This document shows positions 11,601-25,794 of a stretch of DNA of 64,000 nt, one piece after another (positions within the stretch are counted from its first letter, which is position 1; each line of letters starts with the position of its first letter). This DNA is from Convolutriloba macropyga (taxonomy: Eukaryota). Position numbers and translations under genes: made by a program. Under the pieces are notes generated by a model that was not told the origin of the DNA, searched no databases, and worked only from the letters and a program-made list of their open reading frames with translations. The stretch covers positions 32,922,001 to 32,986,000 of the forward strand of contig NC_134482.1 in NCBI RefSeq assembly GCF_964194025.1, given 5' to 3'.

Positions 11601-13839
11601 TATAGCATCAATTTGCATAAAACATTACACGAAAAGTACGATTTATTATTGTTCAATACTTCGCCTGATTTTTCTTCATTTCAAGCGAAATATCCTGTTC
11701 ACGCTTTTTCACAATTTCTGTTGAATGAAATGGATGGTGAATTGGACGCCAGCGAAAAATTTAGATTCGCTGAAGCATCACAAAAAAATCGACAGACAGG
11801 AAAAAATGGAGTTTTTCTGTTACTCCCGTTTCAAATATCCTATTTCTGATCAATAATGTGAAAATTAAACAAAATCAATTTTCAAATAAAACATGAGTAG
11901 AGGGTTTGAGATTTAGCGTTGGTCAGAAAATTATAAGTAAGTGAAAAGTTCAATTAAAATCTTTTGATCTATTTTTAATTCAGAAAAAACTACACTAATG
12001 CTTTCACGCCTTTACCGTTGAATCAAACAGACTATGACGTAGAGACCATAACGCACAAAATATTTTGTTCAGAAGCAAGAGAAACAACAAAAAAAACTTT
12101 CTTTCTTTGGAAAAATTCTTTACTGTTGTTTTCGTGTACACTAGTTATCCCAGTAGTTCATTTGGAGACTGCTTCTGGCATATGAATAAAAAGGAAAATA
12201 AAATGCAAAATTAGTTTGAAAAATCAATTAAGGATTAAAGAAAAAAACTTCACAAATTATAAATAAAACATCGTTTCCGATTCCCGTTTTGTACAGTTTC
12301 TCAGTTCTTTTTGAATCGAAAATCTATTAAAAAACAAAAAAGTGAACACCGAAAATGGGTAGAGATAAGAGAAAGAGCGAGCAAAAAGTAAAAAAAACTG
12401 TCGTTTTTTTTCATTTTTCGCCTTTCGAACACTTATTTTTCATAGAAACTTTGTCCTTTTTGTTTTCAAACAGATTTGTGTAATCAAATACACTTAGAGT
12501 TGTTTAATTGGATGATGATTTTTATAGCAAAAATTTTAAATTAAATTAATATCCCCCTCAACATCTCCCCAACAAATTGCTCACTTTTTTCATTTTCCTC
12601 CATTCTTAAACAGCACTCTTTTTTCAACGTGCAATATTGCTTTTTTTAAAAAAAAACAACAGTAGCCTCTAATGGCTTTAAAAAGATGTTTTTATTTTTT
12701 CTCTACGATGTGGAGGCAAAAAAGGAAAATTTGACTTAACAAAAAAACCGACCCGGCATATTAACCGACCCGCTTTTGAAAAAAAATGTTGCAACAATTA
12801 TCAGGTCCATTATGAGAAAACAAGCTTCTAATACCGAGTGCTAACTTGTAATCGATTCATTGAAAGAAAAGACCAAAGGGAATAAATTGGGTACAATAGC
12901 TTAGGTATAATTGCACATAGGGTTTTTGGCATTGGGTACATTGTCGTGCAACCACTTTATCACATTATGATTATCCCTTCGAAGCATTATTATGCTTAAT
13001 AGTCTTTCTGTCTAACTTAAAACAGCGAAAAAGATGTATATTTTTGGCATTTCAGTATAAGCGCAGTTGGCATTGGGTATCTTATCTCGTCCAGCGCATT
13101 GGATATTCCATAGCTTTCTAGTTTAACAAAAATAGTTACTGTCTGCGATGTAAGGAACTTCACCAAAAAAATTAGGCATACAAAATTCTCCAAGAATTTG
13201 ACTACTCACAACATTCAAAAGCATAATAGATACCGTTGCGGTGTAATAACTCCTGGAAGCAATCAAGTCTTCCACGCATTGATTTTCTGGAAAAGATGCA
13301 TGCCGAGTGACATTATCCTACAAGCCTCAATAAGATAATCCAAGAACCTCTTGATGATGACGCTTTAATAATCTCCGACACAGTCAGACTTCTAATTGCG
13401 AGTAATATTGCTTGCTCTCAATTCCGTGCCCCCGTCAAGTGCACCGTCGACTGTGGCTCCGCTCTCAGTCCTTGGACTCAATCTTTTGCCGAGTTAAACT
13501 CATCTGAAATATCAGCTAGATGTTATCATGAAGAAAATTTTGGAGCAGAAAAAATTATTGTCTGGAATTGCAGGGTAACCGCCAATAGTTAAACTATAAC
13601 TTCATATCTGCAGTCTAGCTTTTTAAAACAGCGGCGAAACTGGTCAGCTTTAAGAGCTGGTGAGGACAGAAAAAAGCTCAATACCACCAATAAATGTAAC
13701 TGACTTTCGGATCTTTTTTCAGATTTTCAAACACAGTGCGACCGATACCAATATCTGTACTCATTGATAGCAAATTTTCATTCTGCAGGGTTTGCTATAT
13801 TAAATGGACTGCTACAACAGACATCGATCAAACTAATGG

Positions 13840-15641
13840 GACGTTCAAGTATAATGCCTCAGGCAAGGAGCGAGTAATTGTCGCTGAGCAACCAGAAAAC
13901 AAATTCACTTTCTAAATTGACAGCGCAAAATAAACTATCTTAATACTTTGAAGATCCCGTTGTGTGGGTTCATATCTGAGAAAATTGAGAAAATTTAAGA
14001 CCTGATTGTGGAGGTTGTTGATCACTGTACAGTTGATCACTGTGCCAAAGTGCGTCTGTGCGGGTGGCCTTCCTCATCAAGAGCCATACTCAATAGCTTC
14101 CTGAACGGATATAATTTGAAATATATAATTTATAATTAATACGATTGACCACTAATACCCGAAATAAGGCAAAATATTTCAATTAGAGAATTTCCGCAAA
14201 AAAAACTAGTCAATCTCACAGCAACAACAAAATGAGCAAGCTGAACATTTTTTCACATGAAACAAATTTTTCATCAAAAAAAAGAAAACTCGCCACTTCA
14301 GTTTCCTTTTCGTTTCTATTTAGCTTCGTTTTAGTTTCTACTACGTAAAAATATTGACTAGTGCCGCTCGAATCGAATGTAAGCATTGAAAAACGAGGTT
14401 TTTATTTTACTTACATTTAATGACCAGTGGGGTCAAAGTGTATGCGAGACTGCGTCAAATAATTGTTCCCCTCAACTTTAGTGGGGAGAAGAACTACTTG
14501 CTCAACTGTTTTCTGTTCAGTGAAAATTGGTCGATCAATATATTCATCGTGGAGTCGTGAGTGGCATCATTAAAAAGCCCGTAAAGCGAAAGAAACAAAA
14601 CAGACGTTTTGATTTCGTTTTTTCCAGGCAGTTACCGGGGTTTAAAAATAAATGAACATTTCAATGATATCCGTTGTTTTTGTTCACATTTTACGGGAAG
14701 CTTGCTGAAACTTTGGTCAACTTTGCTACAATTTGTTAACAAGTAATGGTACGTTCAGGCATACTGCCTCAAGCAAGGAGCGAGTAATTGTCGCTGAGCA
14801 ACCAGAAAAGACGAATCCACTTGTTAAATTAACAGCGCAAAATAATCTATCTTAATACTTTGAAAAACCCATTGTGTGAGTTCACATCTGAGAAAATTTA
14901 AGACCTGATTGGGGAGGTTGTTGAACACTGTACAGAAGTAAAAGGATTTTTGCGAAAGTGCGTCTGTGCGGGTGGCCTTCCTCATCAAGAGCCATACTGA
15001 ATAGCTTCCTGAACGGATATATTTTTAAATAGATAATTTACATTTAATACGATTGACCACTAATCAATGAAAGAAGTCAATACATTTCAATCAGAGAATT
15101 TCCGCAAAAAACAACTAGTCAATCTCTCAGTAACAAAATGAGCAAGCTGAACATTATTTCACATGAACAAATTTTTCATCATAAAAAGTCTCGATACTTC
15201 GGTTTCCTTTTAGTTTCTATTTAGCTTTGTTTTAGTTTCTACTAGGTAAAAAATAATGACTAGTAGGGCTCGAATCGAAAGTAAGCATTAAAAAACGAGG
15301 TTTTTACTTACTTTTAGTGACCAGTGGGGTCAAAGTGTATGCGTGACTGCGTCAAAAGATTGTTCCCACCAAAACTTCAGAGGGGGAAAAATAATTGCTC
15401 AGCTGTTTTTTGTTCAACAAAAATTTGTGGATCTATATATTCATCGAGGAGTTGTGAGTGGCATCAATAAAAAGCCCGTCAAGCGGAAGAAACAAAGCAA
15501 AGATTGTTTGATTTCGTTTCTTCCAGGCAGTTACGGGGGTTTAAAAATTAACGAACATTTGATCGATATCCGTTGTTTTTGTTCACATTTGATGGAAAGT
15601 TTCCTCAAATTTTTGTCAACTTCGCTACAATTTGTTAACAA
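13840..15641. repeat. Tandem duplication of an ~0.9-kb unit (about 13840-14742 and 14749-15641)
   Basis: Both copies run from ...caaggagcgagtaattgtcgctgagcaaccagaaaa... to ...gctacaatttgttaacaa, about 85-90% identical by eye. Part of the unit also flanks the BEL insertion site. Confidence 0.85.
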
Positions 15642-18600
15642 AAGTGTTATTGGATTCGCCTAAAAAACAAAGGAACGTTGCTGAATTAACTGATCCTCTC
15701 AAACGAGGGCTAGTTTTACTTCTGCTTCAAATAAGATTACTCAGGAATAAAAATTCCACCCGTTTTAGGATGAATTAAAACAATAATTTATTTTGATATT
15801 TTGAAATTGGGGTTGCCAAATCTTATCTTAGATACTTCAGTTACATTTGCAGCAAATACTTGTTCTCATCGAACGAGCAGCAATATCAAGGCTAGTTTTG
15901 GTCTCATTGTGGTTTTCGACAATCAAAAACTGTTCCTATTCAACTGGGGCTGTCTATTTGTAGCTTAGTCTCAGTTAAAACCAAATTCATGTTATCTAGT
16001 GAATGAAAATTTAGCCTTTCTAGCTAATATAATTTTTAATTAATGGATTCGTTGCTTCATTAGTTTCAACATAGAGTTAATATTTTTTTCGACTTTGTAC
16101 ATATACCCAATTATGAAATTGTTTTGATTACTTGGTCAGATAATCACCTTATTAACAAGCCCTATCGGCTTCTGACAGAAAGCACGAATAAACATTTTTT
16201 AACGTTTTTAGTGAAGAGCGTATGGTTTTAACGGCGTATCCGTTTCTCAGCAAAGTATAATTGACTTTTTTGATTTTTGACTGTATTTTTCGCTCTAGTT
16301 GTAATCACATTCTTTATAGGAACAAGTCTCAGTGGCTTATTCTGGATAAATAATAGAACGTATTTAAGGATTTCTATCGATAGTTAAGTGTCTTAGTGAC
16401 ATTGAAAGGAATTGCTTTGAAAAATTTAAACTTATTTTTGAACTCTTTCTTCCTTCTTCCCTGTGACAACTTTTAACTCAACCCAATTAATGTCTCGTCA
16501 CATCCACTCCACTTTTCAGTGAAGTTAATCTGTTCATTGTTTTAAAATTGCAGCTGATTGTTTTTTGGCTTTGACACATTTCATAACTTTTTTTGAATTT
16601 GTGATACTGGTTAAAGCTTGTGGTTCTGTTTGTGGTCTTTTTCGCGAAGTTCTCTAAGATAAAGTTCCATTGAAGTTCAATTATGACCTAATTGAACACC
16701 CAAAAACTAGTTGATAACTAAGTGTTAATAGCTTCGGCACAGAATTTTGAGAATTGAGTTCTGAAAATTTAAGTTCTGCTGGCATTCAATGTTAATTTGT
16801 AGTCTTAAGACTTAATCTCCACTAATGAAGGGTACATCTGGCTTTCTTGTGAACTCATAAGTTAGCCTATCTGGTTTTTATTAGTTGAAAGTTTATGATT
16901 GTTATGGCTTTTGCAAATATTCGGTTCAAAATCAATGAAATTCTGAACTTTTTCAATTCATTTTCTAATTTCTGACAATTGTGGCACAATCTCAGTAGAC
17001 ACAGGATACATCTTCTTTCAGGCGAAAAAATTTAATCCGAATACCCGGTTTTTTAAAATAGTTTTGTGACTCTGATACTTCAGAATTTTCATAAAATTTC
17101 GATTTCTGGATATATGCCGATTTTTGAGGTTTTGCCTCGTCACATTATAAAATTAAAGACGCTTCCCATTGGCTTTAAAGACGAGAAAAAAATAACTTTA
17201 ACATATGAACGTATATGATCATTTTAGGGAAAAGCTCATGGTCTTCGACAACCTTTTCCCACGAAGTTTAATTGAGTTTTATTTCTTTGAATGTAATTTT
17301 TGCTTTTTGTAGTCGTCTGACATCATCTGGAGATTTAGAGTGTCTCAATAACTTCCTATGGAGCTATAAAAGAACCTATTCTATGAAATTGAATGTTAAA
17401 AAAATAAAAACGTTAAAAATGTTAAAAAAATGTTAAGAATGTTAAAAAAAATAAATTGTTCTTTTGTCAACCTGTTACATAGTCTCATTAGGTACCGGTC
17501 TAATTAATTTCTACAGCTGTACACGGTTATTTTTTCTAATGCTACTCAGACTTTTATCTAATGCTATTTAGACTTTTGTTTGATTTTTTTATGCTACCCT
17601 GACTTTGTAATTGTTTGTGAAAAATAGATAAAAGTTGCTCTTTGCTAATTGATTTAGTTGTTTATCTTTTATACTAGTCTCATCCAGGGCAGGTATGATC
17701 GGGTCTCCACTTCTGCGTGATTCAATTCATTGTGACCGTGCTCTCTTAATGACCGATCCCAATGGCTCCAAATCTATCTAGTATTTTAGTTAAAAGCTGA
17801 TGGTTGTTGTGACCTTGCCCAATTTAATCTTGTTTTTGTTGACTTGTTACCGAGTCTCATCAAGGACAAGTCCCATCTGCTTTGACGTGAGGTACAAATT
17901 GATTACGAAGCCAGGTACTTCGACTGAAGTTTGACCGGAATTAATATTTTTGTTCTTTTATTTTGTTATTTTTCTTGTCTCGTAGTATTATAAATGGCAG
18001 ATATCAACGGCTTTCGAATGTGACATCATTCAATTCATTCAGTGGCTTCCGCTTAAACCTTTCTATCGCTCATTTACCAATCATTTTCTAACGGCATTTT
18101 TAAAGTGTATCTTCCTCTTCCCCATTTGGTTTACCATTAAATGTTAAAAAAGTGGATAATCGGGGCCAACGCACACTACCAAGCCTCACTGTCATTTTCA
18201 TAGTCAAACTCAGAAGATAACACATTTCGAAATGCGTTCAACCTTGAAAGCAACAAAAATTTTTTGATGGGCGCTGAAGCGTTATATATGGCTGTCTGTT
18301 ACCAAGCTGCAGAAAATGATGTTGTAAATTATATTTGGTTGTCTATGGTGGGACATAATGCTCGTAAAAAACGAAAATAAGATGCAACTGTCATCTTTCT
18401 TCGATGCGTATATGGATTCAATCAATTATTCACAAAATCGCAATAGGCTGTGGGATTTAGACGGCCAGTCCTCAAAACCTATTCTGGTTTTGGGAAATTA
18501 ATCGAAGACCTCAATAGTCTCAAGAGGTTGAAAAAATCGTAGAGAGATTCTGATTTTTCGTTCCTTTTCACCTTTCTGCTTGAGTTTAGAAATATGCTGC

Positions 18601-20042
18601 TGCTGACGTATTCGCGCTTTGCATAAAATTTTTGGCCATCAAAGGTTCAATTCTGCTGTATCAGTACACTAAAGGGTTTGAAAAAATTACAAAGAGCAAG
18701 GTGAAAAAAGAAACTTGAATTTTTTTTGCCCAAATTTTTGCCAGGAAGAAATTGTTTCATTAAAAAAATTTCATCATGTTGGATTGTCAACTATTTTCAC
18801 AGAGTACCAAGCAAATTTTCACTGCTATTTATTTTCTATTCGAATCAAGCGACAGGTAGTTGCCTGTTTAAAATTAAAGGAGGCAAAATCTCGAATTTGG
18901 AATCAAATTTGTAGCAATTAACAATTTTATATTGCAAATTGTTATGCAACTATTCACTTTTTTTAGGAAATCAGCAACTTCTGGAAGCAATTAGTCTATG
19001 GGAATAGTATACAGTTACCGGTCAATGACTTTCAGGCAACTTTCAGTGCCACGCACAGATTTACACAGGTCCTCTTCCTTTTTATGGTTTAAGTAGCCTG
19101 TGCGCAAACAGGCAATTAAAATATTTGAATCAACAATAAAACGAGTTTTACTTCATTATAATTTAATTAAAAATCTCACATAGCAAAATTGTTAGAATTA
19201 ATAAATTAAAAGATTAAATAGAATAAATTAACATCTCTACTCCTTCCAGAGGAGGAAACTAACCTGAGTACAAACAAAAGCACACTTTATAAAATCATCC
19301 AGAGTTAACACAGGTCAAAATAAATTTAGTCACGCGACAATTATCGACATTTGGCACATTTCTTGACCTTTCAACTTATAATAAACACGCTCAAACTAAC
19401 TGCGTTCTCTAACAGAAATCAGATATTTTTGTCATTAATATTATGCATACTTTGGACAAAAATTGGGCAGAACTGGCCAACAATGTCAAGTAGGCCAGTA
19501 TAATAGACATTAATGTCAATTATAGGTTACACTCTTCCTAGGGGATGTTAGAGAAGGCAGTTTCATGAATTAAATCTTAAAACTATAATAAATAAATTAG
19601 AGTATACAATATAGAGAGGAATTTAAATAGCTCCATTTTACTTTGGTACTGTTTTCCTTTCCCCCTTCGCTTTCCGGAGAAATAATTGATAACTTTTTTA
19701 AATCAAACTAGTTAAAGAAATTAAACTAGTTAAATAAAAACTAATAACTCATCATTTAAATTTACAACTAATACTACAATTCTAGGGACCATTCAAAGCT
19801 AATGTGATGACTCTCTATTAAAAGTAAATGGGGACGATTGAAGGCAAAACTGACTATTGCCTCTAATTTTTTAACTTGGATTTCAGCTATTTTCTTGAAC
19901 CCTTTTTGTCTCTAATCATAGAAAAATTGTCTTTTGAACTCGGTGTTTGACCAAAAAAGCCGTTCGCGAGAGTTAACAACTTTTTTAAATTATATTCACA
20001 GGGGGGAGAGGAAAAGGAAAACTTTTATTGGCATTTTGACCT

Positions 20043-20879
20043 TCAGTCATTATGTTCGTCATCTGACCTTGTGTCCGCTAATTCTCTACCGGAAGTGAAC
20101 CTGACAATGGCAGCCATCAAAAAATAAGCCCAAATACAGTTGAGAACCATCAAAATACCAATCAGTAGGTTGCAGAAATAATACAGAACCCAAAAATAGC
20201 CATCAGAAGAATCGAAAGTCGACATTAAAATGTCCGGAACTTCGTAAATGACACTTCTCCAAATGTAAAATGGAATTAGGTATAATCTAGTGTAAAAGTA
20301 AGTTATAGTTAAGAGAACAAACATAAAGTAAGAGAACTTTTTAAGTTTCAAATACTTTCCAATTTTGGCCAGTTCCAAAAACGGATCCATTAAGTCATGG
20401 AATAACATCATTAACAATCCGACTCTGAACATGTTATTATGGTAACTAACTATAATCAACAACAATGTAACAACGTGATGTAATAACATCATAAAGAAGT
20501 CTTTGCGCTTTACTGAAACACAATGGGTCAAAACCTCCGAGCAATAATACCCTAGTTCAATCATGTAGTACCAATACTGTACAGGGGTCATTCTATGGTT
20601 CAAAGCATCGATCCACAATTGTCTGGAGTCATAAAGGAAGTCCGTAGGCAGTAAAACGACCAATCCATACGTCACAATCCAAGCGTGAATAAACAATTTC
20701 CAACAACCTTCGCGGTACTTGTGTTCTGTTTTCGGGTTCCGTAAAATATCACAACCAGGCTGCGCAAACGTTCTGATAGCCCAATCAGCAACAGTAGTTT
20801 CTGTAATTTTTCTAATAACTATCAAAAGTCCAGTAAGCGCGAGGCTTGAACCAACCTCGTTTATGGTAAAATTTGGCAT
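20043..20879 (-). CDS. Ceramide synthase (LAG1/CerS family, TLC domain), single exon
   Basis: Lag1p motif RKDFFMMLLHHVVT...RVGLLMMLFHDLMDPFLELAK, upstream KYREGCWK, multiple hydrophobic segments, C-terminal DTRSDDE; AATAAA on minus strand at 20024-20029. Confidence 0.9.
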   Translation of the reverse strand: MPNFTINEVGSSLALTGLLIVIRKITETTVADWAIRTFAQPGCDILRNPKTEHKYREGCWKLFIHAWIVTYGLVVLLPTDFLYDSRQLWIDALNHRMTPVQYWYYMIELGYYCSEVLTHCVSVKRKDFFMMLLHHVVTLLLIIVSYHNNMFRVGLLMMLFHDLMDPFLELAKIGKYLKLKKFSYFMFVLLTITYFYTRLYLIPFYIWRSVIYEVPDILMSTFDSSDGYFWVLYYFCNLLIGILMVLNCIWAYFLMAAIVRFTSGRELADTRSDDEHND

Positions 20880-23091
20880 TTTTACACTAATTTAGTCAAT
20901 TTTGGCGAAAATTTGAAGGAAGACAATAAATTTTTGTATCTAAATGTTAGCTTGAATTGGCTATTTTTATTCAAAACGACACGGTTAATAATTTGAAACG
21001 AGTAAAAATGCGGCCTTTTCTACAAGGTAATCTTTCTCAATTGTTGGAAGCGCTTTGGCTGGAAAATAAACAAATGAAAGGCGTAAACAATAAATTTCCG
21101 TATTTTAAGCTTAAAGGTGCTATCAATATAAACACACCTTGAGATAAAAACTAATCTGAAAACAACATATAATTGGGAGAAAAAGGTAATTATAGCTAGG
21201 AATAAATAACTGCTGAACAATCAATTCATATAAAAATAACGAATTATTTTGACTAGGAAAAATAAAACTACGTCAGAGAAAAGCGTGAACCAGAGAAAAG
21301 CGTAAACCAATAGCTAATAGGATATCCATTCAACAATTTTTCCAAATTAGAATTTTTTTCATAAAATTTAGGAAGTAATGAATTAATGAAGGCAGCCAAA
21401 GAAAAGACTAATTAGAGACAATAAAACTGAAGTTGGTCCTACCGAATTTAATTAAATAAGCGAGGCACTGAAATATTAAAGGCAGCCAACGGAGATTATT
21501 TAGAGATAAATATTATTAAATTAATTAAACTAATGCTAAAGCTACCATAAAATATAGTCGGAAAAGTTTAGAGCATTAGGAAGACAAAACGCATCGCGAC
21601 ATTTACCATGTTTCAGTAGAATCCCTGAATAAATTTGATGACGTCATATCAGTGGATAGATTATGAATTGCACTTGAAGAGGGAATATACGATTCAAGGG
21701 CCTGCCTTGCATCTACGCTAATCGTGCATAAACCTGAAAACAAACATGTAGTCGATAAACAGTGGATAAGTAAAACTGCAAATGCTTTCAACAACTGCTT
21801 TTTAAACTAATGCTGTTATCATCAAAAATTTATTCAAAAAGCATGTGATGACTATTAAAAATTTGAAAAAGTTTTGATCTTTATTGATAAACTTTGCCAA
21901 AATCCAACCAATCATCAAATCCATCAGATCCAGAGCCCACCAAGCATACAAATTTTTATTGGCAAGTTAGGTAAGAAACTAAAAACAATGAAAATTTTCA
22001 GCTAAAAAAGTTTTTCGGTTCTTAAGAGGCACTAAACAATTTGTTAAAATTGTGCAAACAAGGACGGAAAATGAAACTCTACACAAATAATTTAATATTT
22101 CCTTTAGAGAGTTTTTGCAAAATATCATCATGAAATTTGGCCAATAATTTAGCTGTCAAATTTCAACTAGTAGGAATTACTCTAATTTAACAAGAAGAAC
22201 CGGTAATGTGCGTTCGCATAATAAGTTCCAATGATTCAAATGATAAACCATGTATATAATTTCAGAAATTCAAATATAACCTCGCCCTCGAAGTTAATCT
22301 CAGTTACTTTTTAAAAATCGAATCATATTTCATCGAATTTTTGTCGAAATGAGTTATACTAATTTGACGTTTTGCTTGTTTCCAGAACGATTGATTGTCG
22401 AGGCCTGTTTTACAAAAATGAAAGCTTTCAAATAATTTGCGATTTATCTCATTGTGCTCTACTGCCAACACACCTATTCATTAAATTAAGGAAATCAAAT
22501 AAAGATTAAAACAAATAAAAAAGAATACTAAAAAAGGATAGCTACAAAACGAAAAATGATTTCGATAAAGGTTTGTAAGCTTATGTACTAATAATTAACC
22601 CTTAAATAAGATGTTAAGGTATCCTCAATTGATCTTAAATCCAGTTACATATCTAAAATCATCATGAGATAGATGAACATTTTCAAACTTAGTAAATCAT
22701 TTGCGATGAAAAAATATATATAATCACGCGACTAAGCAAGAAAAAATTCTCTGCAATAAGTAAGAAAATGACGTCACGCAAGCACTTGATCGACTGAAAC
22801 AGCAGACCGCTTGAACATTGCGAGCTAAACAGAAAAGATTCACAAAACCCGAGACATTTAATAAAAATAGCATTTGAATTGTAAACATTTTTGGTGTTAG
22901 GGCATTGAATAACAAAGTTAACAGAAAAAAGAGATCTGAAAACAAAGTATCTAAACGAAACCTGGTTCGGAACAACAGCGACAAGCAGAGGCAAAAATTT
23001 CAAAAAATAAAAAGGTTGGTAAGATAATTACTAAGTGGTCTAATTGATCTGACACTTACGAAATCAAATTTTTCATCGCAATATTCTACAA

Positions 23092-24169
23092 AACATAGCC
23101 AGCAGATTGCCGGAATAGCTGCGAAAGAATAGACCTGCGTGCCATATAATAGAGATAGAAACAGATACAGATCTAAATTGAAAAGAAATCGACGCCGCTC
23201 AAAAAACTAGGCTAAAAAACATTCAGCGATAAATTAATAAAGCTTGTTAAAATTCATTCCACAGAAGCCTCTTATTAGGGACCTTTACTGCACATATGAG
23301 TTCCTTTGACCTTAAACAAATTTAATTTAAACTTAAGTTTTAAAGTGCAAAAGTCATTTTATTGAGTGAGGTAAGTCACGTATGCTCAAAATCTAATCAC
23401 GCAAATAACCTAAAATCTTTCGCTAAAGCGAGTGAGAAATGACGTCACGCACGCAAATGCCGTTAGTGAGAGGAAGAAGTCATTCAGAAAATTTGACTTT
23501 TTCAGCTTTGCTGTGTGAACAAATGTAAAACGAAAAAAGAGCGTCAGACGACGAAACAAAAAACATAGCAGGACAAGTCCTGACGTACAATTCAAAGAAT
23601 TTTCATTGACTAAACAGAAAAACTAGACCTAGAATGGACTATGAGTGAATTGAGAAAACATTTTTAAAAAGTCAGATCAAAAAATAAGAAAAAAAAACAA
23701 AAAATCAATGTCAAAATGCCGCATGTGAACAAAAAAACCACTAGCGAGAAATGAAAATTTAATTCAAACAAAAAACTAGGCCTAGAATGAGCTGTGAATG
23801 GATTGGGAAAACCATTTAGAGAAAAATCGAAAAAACAGTAAAAATCAGAGTGAAATTGCCGCATGTGAACAAAAAACCACTACCGAGAAACCGAATTTTT
23901 GTTCAAACACCATTTTCGCACTCTACTTTAAAATTAGAGCGAAAAAAATTCACGCCGCAAAACCACTCGCTTTTTCGCTCCATTTCCTGTTTCACTGCTC
24001 CATTTCCTGCAAAATCACTGCTCCAATTTGACTTCAAAAATCATGAAAATTTGTGAACAGATCTTAAAAAAAAAAAGACAGCGCCCCAATACAATTCAAA
24101 TTCTTTGAATTGTAAAAACCAAGAGCACCGCAATATAGCTACGCTCACCTTACAGCTTCGCAGCTATAA
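23092..24169 (-). mobile_element. HINE-like family A copy A5 with nested family C (about 23562-24116)
   Basis: aacatagccagcagattgccgg; subTIR atagctgcgaa (23115-23125) / ttcgcagctat (24157-24167). Confidence 0.72.
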
Positions 24170-25428
24170 TAAACAAAATTATACGCGAACTAAAATCTTT
24201 TGGAGAAATAGATATTTAGTTGCAATACGAAAAAAGCTTAAAAAATTTTAAAAAAGCAAGCAGTAACAATAACAAGAAGCTGCTAAAACCATTGAAGCTA
24301 ATAAGCTCTAAACAAATTTGTGCTGTTGAAATATAACCACTTACCCATCCCATGCTATAATTGGTCTCTTAATTTCAAATAACACGAAAAATGGCAAAGA
24401 AATGTCAAAAGACATAATTCTCTTGTTACCTTGAAATTGAGCCTTTCCACCAACTTCAGCACACTAAGCACTCTAAAGAGGGATAAAGGCAACTCCGACT
24501 CTACTCTAACTGAAGGAACTCTTGTGCTAGCATGTTTATTCCGCTTTGAAAACTCGAAGTTATCTCAAAAACGAGTGAACACATCTTACAAAAAAGTCGC
24601 ATAAAATTCAAAATTTCTTGACTGTAAAAACCAGGAGGTCAATAATAGCTCAACACATTAATTTAGACTCAAGTTCTCTCATAATAATTGATGCAATTGT
24701 CGATCAAAATTTTCTACAGTTTCTATATTAATCGTAAACATCACTTTTCTCTACGCTGTTTCTTAAAAATAAGTTATATTTTAAACAGTTTTAAAATAAT
24801 TTATGTTTTTAAAGCAGTTAATTCTAAATACTTGAAGTTGACACCAAACCTATCTGACGAACTTTGAACTTCACATCAGCGGTTGCACAGAAAATACGGT
24901 TGCAGAGGAATGAATCTTTGATTTGGATCGATTATTTTAACTTACGGGGGCTACACATTATCAATGTCTAAATCAAATGCGCAAATAAAATGCTCAATTG
25001 TACAAACGAGCGTGAAAAGGTCGAAGATGTACCCAAATTATCAAAACTTTGAGTGTCAATTTTTCGAGAAATGAAAATTTCATTTTTTTTTCGATAAACA
25101 AGTGCCAAACGTATGTACATTTTCTTCAAAAAAGAATTAAAACCTGATCAACAACGCAAATGATATGAGAAAAATGATTTTTGTCCTCCTCCCTCCTCAA
25201 TGTCTTATAATGTCCTCCTTAATGAGAAATTTAATGTCTGATCTAAACTTGCTTGCTACTTCAATAAACACCATAATGATTTTATTCTTGCCAATTTGTA
25301 GAACCAACACGCTGAAGGACTGATAGCTATCTCTCAGCAAGAAGGCATTCTTTAGGTTGTTTCAATTCAACAATCAAAACCCCTTAACACAATAAGGCTT
25401 CTCTGACTAAAAACCAGTAAGAAAATTT

Positions 25429-25794
25429 GGTGTCCCGCTTTTTCGCCCCTATTTATTTAACCCCCTGTCATTTAACCTCGATTTATTCACCCCTCTATCA
25501 TTTCACCCCGATTTTACTCTTCTGTGAAATAGGGACTATTAAATTAGCAATATAATCATTTGGCCATGCCGCGCTGGCCATGGCCATACCTAAGCGGCCC
25601 TTGTGACTTGATATGAAACTATCACAAACGAACATGGGATTAAGTTAACTACTTAACAATGACAAAATATGCTTTTAATGTCAACGGCTAAGTGACGGGA
25701 AGAAATGATATAGGGGTTAAATGATAGAGGGGTTCAAAGATACGGGGTTAAAATATGCGGGGTTAAATGAATCGGGATGAAAAGAAGTAGAACC
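25429..25794. mobile_element. Foldback/Merlin-like MITE with tandem-repeat inverted arms
   Basis: GG...CC termini flanked by 8-bp direct repeat gaaaattt (25421-25428 and 25795-25802); left arm has ~15-bp atttaacccc repeats, right arm has inverted ggggttaaat repeats. Confidence 0.6.

Noticed and set aside
15900-19000. Additional LINE remnants (also about 54300-55200 and 61900-63400)
   Set aside because: Only faint motif echoes; too degenerate to give supportable boundaries.
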